This document shows, in pieces, positions 16,208 to 17,289 of a DNA stretch of 17,289 nt (positions within the stretch are counted from its first letter, which is position 1; each line of letters begins with the position of its first letter). This DNA comes from Fibrobacteria bacterium. Its GTDB lineage: Bacteria; Fibrobacterota; Fibrobacteria; UBA11236. Made by a program: the position numbers and the translations under genes. Location of the stretch: NCBI GenBank assembly GCA_043732185.1, contig JAYTHY010000005.1, positions 1 through 17,289 on the forward strand. The letters are read 5' to 3'. The notes under the pieces are model-generated. The model made no database searches. It was not told where the DNA came from and saw nothing but the letters and a program-made list of their open reading frames with translations.

Positions 16208-16891
16208 ATGCTAAAAACCAGCCTCTTCCAATCCAAATACATTCCAGCTAAGGTTCCGGAACCAGAGGAAAAAGTGCTACTGGTCTTCCATGGTTTGGGC
16301 GATTCGCTGCATGGCTTCACATGGATGCCGCCACAGCTCCAACTTGACACCTTATCGTATTTGCTGGTGAACGCACCCGATGACTACTACGGCGGCTACA
16401 GTTGGTTTGATTTTACTGGTGGTGGCGCTTTTATGGATAGGGCCAAAGCGGGAATTGAGCGCAGCCGAATACGTATCCGTGGGCTCATTCAAGAAATGGT
16501 GGACCAAGGGATACAACCCGGCAACATCCTGCTTTTCGGATTCAGTCAAGGCTGCCTGATGGCCTTGGATGCCGGCCTGCGCTGCGATCTAGTTTTGGGT
16601 GGTGTATGTGGGGTTTCTGGATGGCTTGCATTTGAGGAAGAATACCCTTCCGCATTCTCCCAGTCCGCAAAACAGCAACACTTTCTAGTCACTCACGGGT
16701 TAACCGACCCCTTGTTGCCCTATTCCAACACCAAATCTCAATGCGATTTTCTCGTTGCCCAGGGCATCAGTCTGACTTTTAAAACCTATGCCAAGGATCA
16801 CACCATTTTGCCCGAGGAACTTGCGTTTATACGGGACTGGCTGAAGGAGAAAATACGCGAATCCGATGGCCATCCGGATCCAAGGCCGTGA
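16208..16891 (+). CDS. Phospholipase/carboxylesterase family alpha/beta hydrolase
   Basis: FHGLGD oxyanion motif, nucleophile elbow GFSQG, HGLTDPLL (Asp) and KDHTI (His). Start placed at ATG 16208. Confidence 0.92.
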   Translation: MLKTSLFQSKYIPAKVPEPEEKVLLVFHGLGDSLHGFTWMPPQLQLDTLSYLLVNAPDDYYGGYSWFDFTGGGAFMDRAKAGIERSRIRIRGLIQEMVDQGIQPGNILLFGFSQGCLMALDAGLRCDLVLGGVCGVSGWLAFEEEYPSAFSQSAKQQHFLVTHGLTDPLLPYSNTKSQCDFLVAQGISLTFKTYAKDHTILPEELAFIRDWLKEKIRESDGHPDPRP

Positions 16892-17204
16892 AGGTATATC
16901 CGAAATCCATTTGAGTCGGTTCTTGTGCCATCGAGTATCCCTTATCCTTCCACTCTTTGAATTTTCCGTCCACGGCATTTTTGTCTTTAAGCGTGAATCC
17001 GATTTCCGATCCTCCTCCAGCATTTTTAGGCGCTGGCCTCACATCATGCCCTGCCCATAGTCCCAAAGTGATGCCATTTTCAAACGCGTACATGGCAAAA
17101 TTGGCGGAGGCTTCCACAGGTGGTTTGCCGATCAGCCCATCGTAAAAACGGATGCTGGCGGAGACGTTTTCCACATAAAGAATGATCATTTCGGGTGAGA
17201 ACAT
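16827..17204 (-). CDS. VOC (glyoxalase/bleomycin-resistance) family protein, EhpR-like
   Basis: ILYVENVSASIRFY, PVEASANFAM, LGLW, GGSEIGF and PTQMDFGYTFTALDPDGHRIRV. ATG 17204 follows AAAGGA. Confidence 0.9.
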   Translation of the reverse strand: MFSPEMIILYVENVSASIRFYDGLIGKPPVEASANFAMYAFENGITLGLWAGHDVRPAPKNAGGGSEIGFTLKDKNAVDGKFKEWKDKGYSMAQEPTQMDFGYTFTALDPDGHRIRVFSPSASPV

Positions 17205-17252
17205 TTTGGATTTCCTTTTCAAACAGGCGCGAAATTGCTGCCTATGGAGATA

Positions 17253-17284
17253 AGGATAGAACGTGCGAATGACAGTTTCTGTCA
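17253..17284 (-). promoter_or_regulatory. Palindromic operator TGACAG-N3-CTGTCA plus putative -10 (TATCCT) upstream of the VOC gene
   Basis: Perfect inverted repeat at 17270-17275 and 17279-17284. On the minus strand it reads TGTCAT-N10-TATCCT (-10 at 17258-17253), about 50 nt before the VOC start. Confidence 0.6.
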
Positions 17285-17289
17285 GTAGG

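Noticed and set aside
1..17289. Mobile elements, prophage, defence systems, tRNA or rRNA
   Set aside because: No transposase, integrase, nuclease or phage ORF was recognised, and the intergenic gaps are short (under 200 nt) with no RNA-gene hallmarks that I could see.

Overview
Gene-dense bacterial window, read by eye without database searches. A PorV-type barrel plus an FlgD-Ig/PNPF C-terminal domain suggests an FCB-group organism, possibly Fibrobacterota (inference). In order: the 3' end of gcvP convergent with gcvH; an unknown membrane-anchored poly-Pro protein upstream of gcvH; an orphan murD with MurD2-like motifs, followed by a hypothetical gene and an atypical clpS; and an HU/IHF gene. 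Next is a coupled 7.5-kb envelope module: an unknown outer-membrane barrel, a 1465-aa secreted beta-sandwich protein with a T9SS-like C-terminal domain, and a TolB-N/CsgG-like domain fused to a PorV-like barrel. The rest holds a stand-alone four-repeat HA-domain protein, terC divergent from htpX, a beta-hydroxyacid dehydrogenase, a carboxylesterase and an EhpR-like VOC gene with a palindromic operator candidate. No rRNA, tRNA, CRISPR array or mobile element was recognised. The strongest novel-system candidate is the envelope module at 4836-12323.
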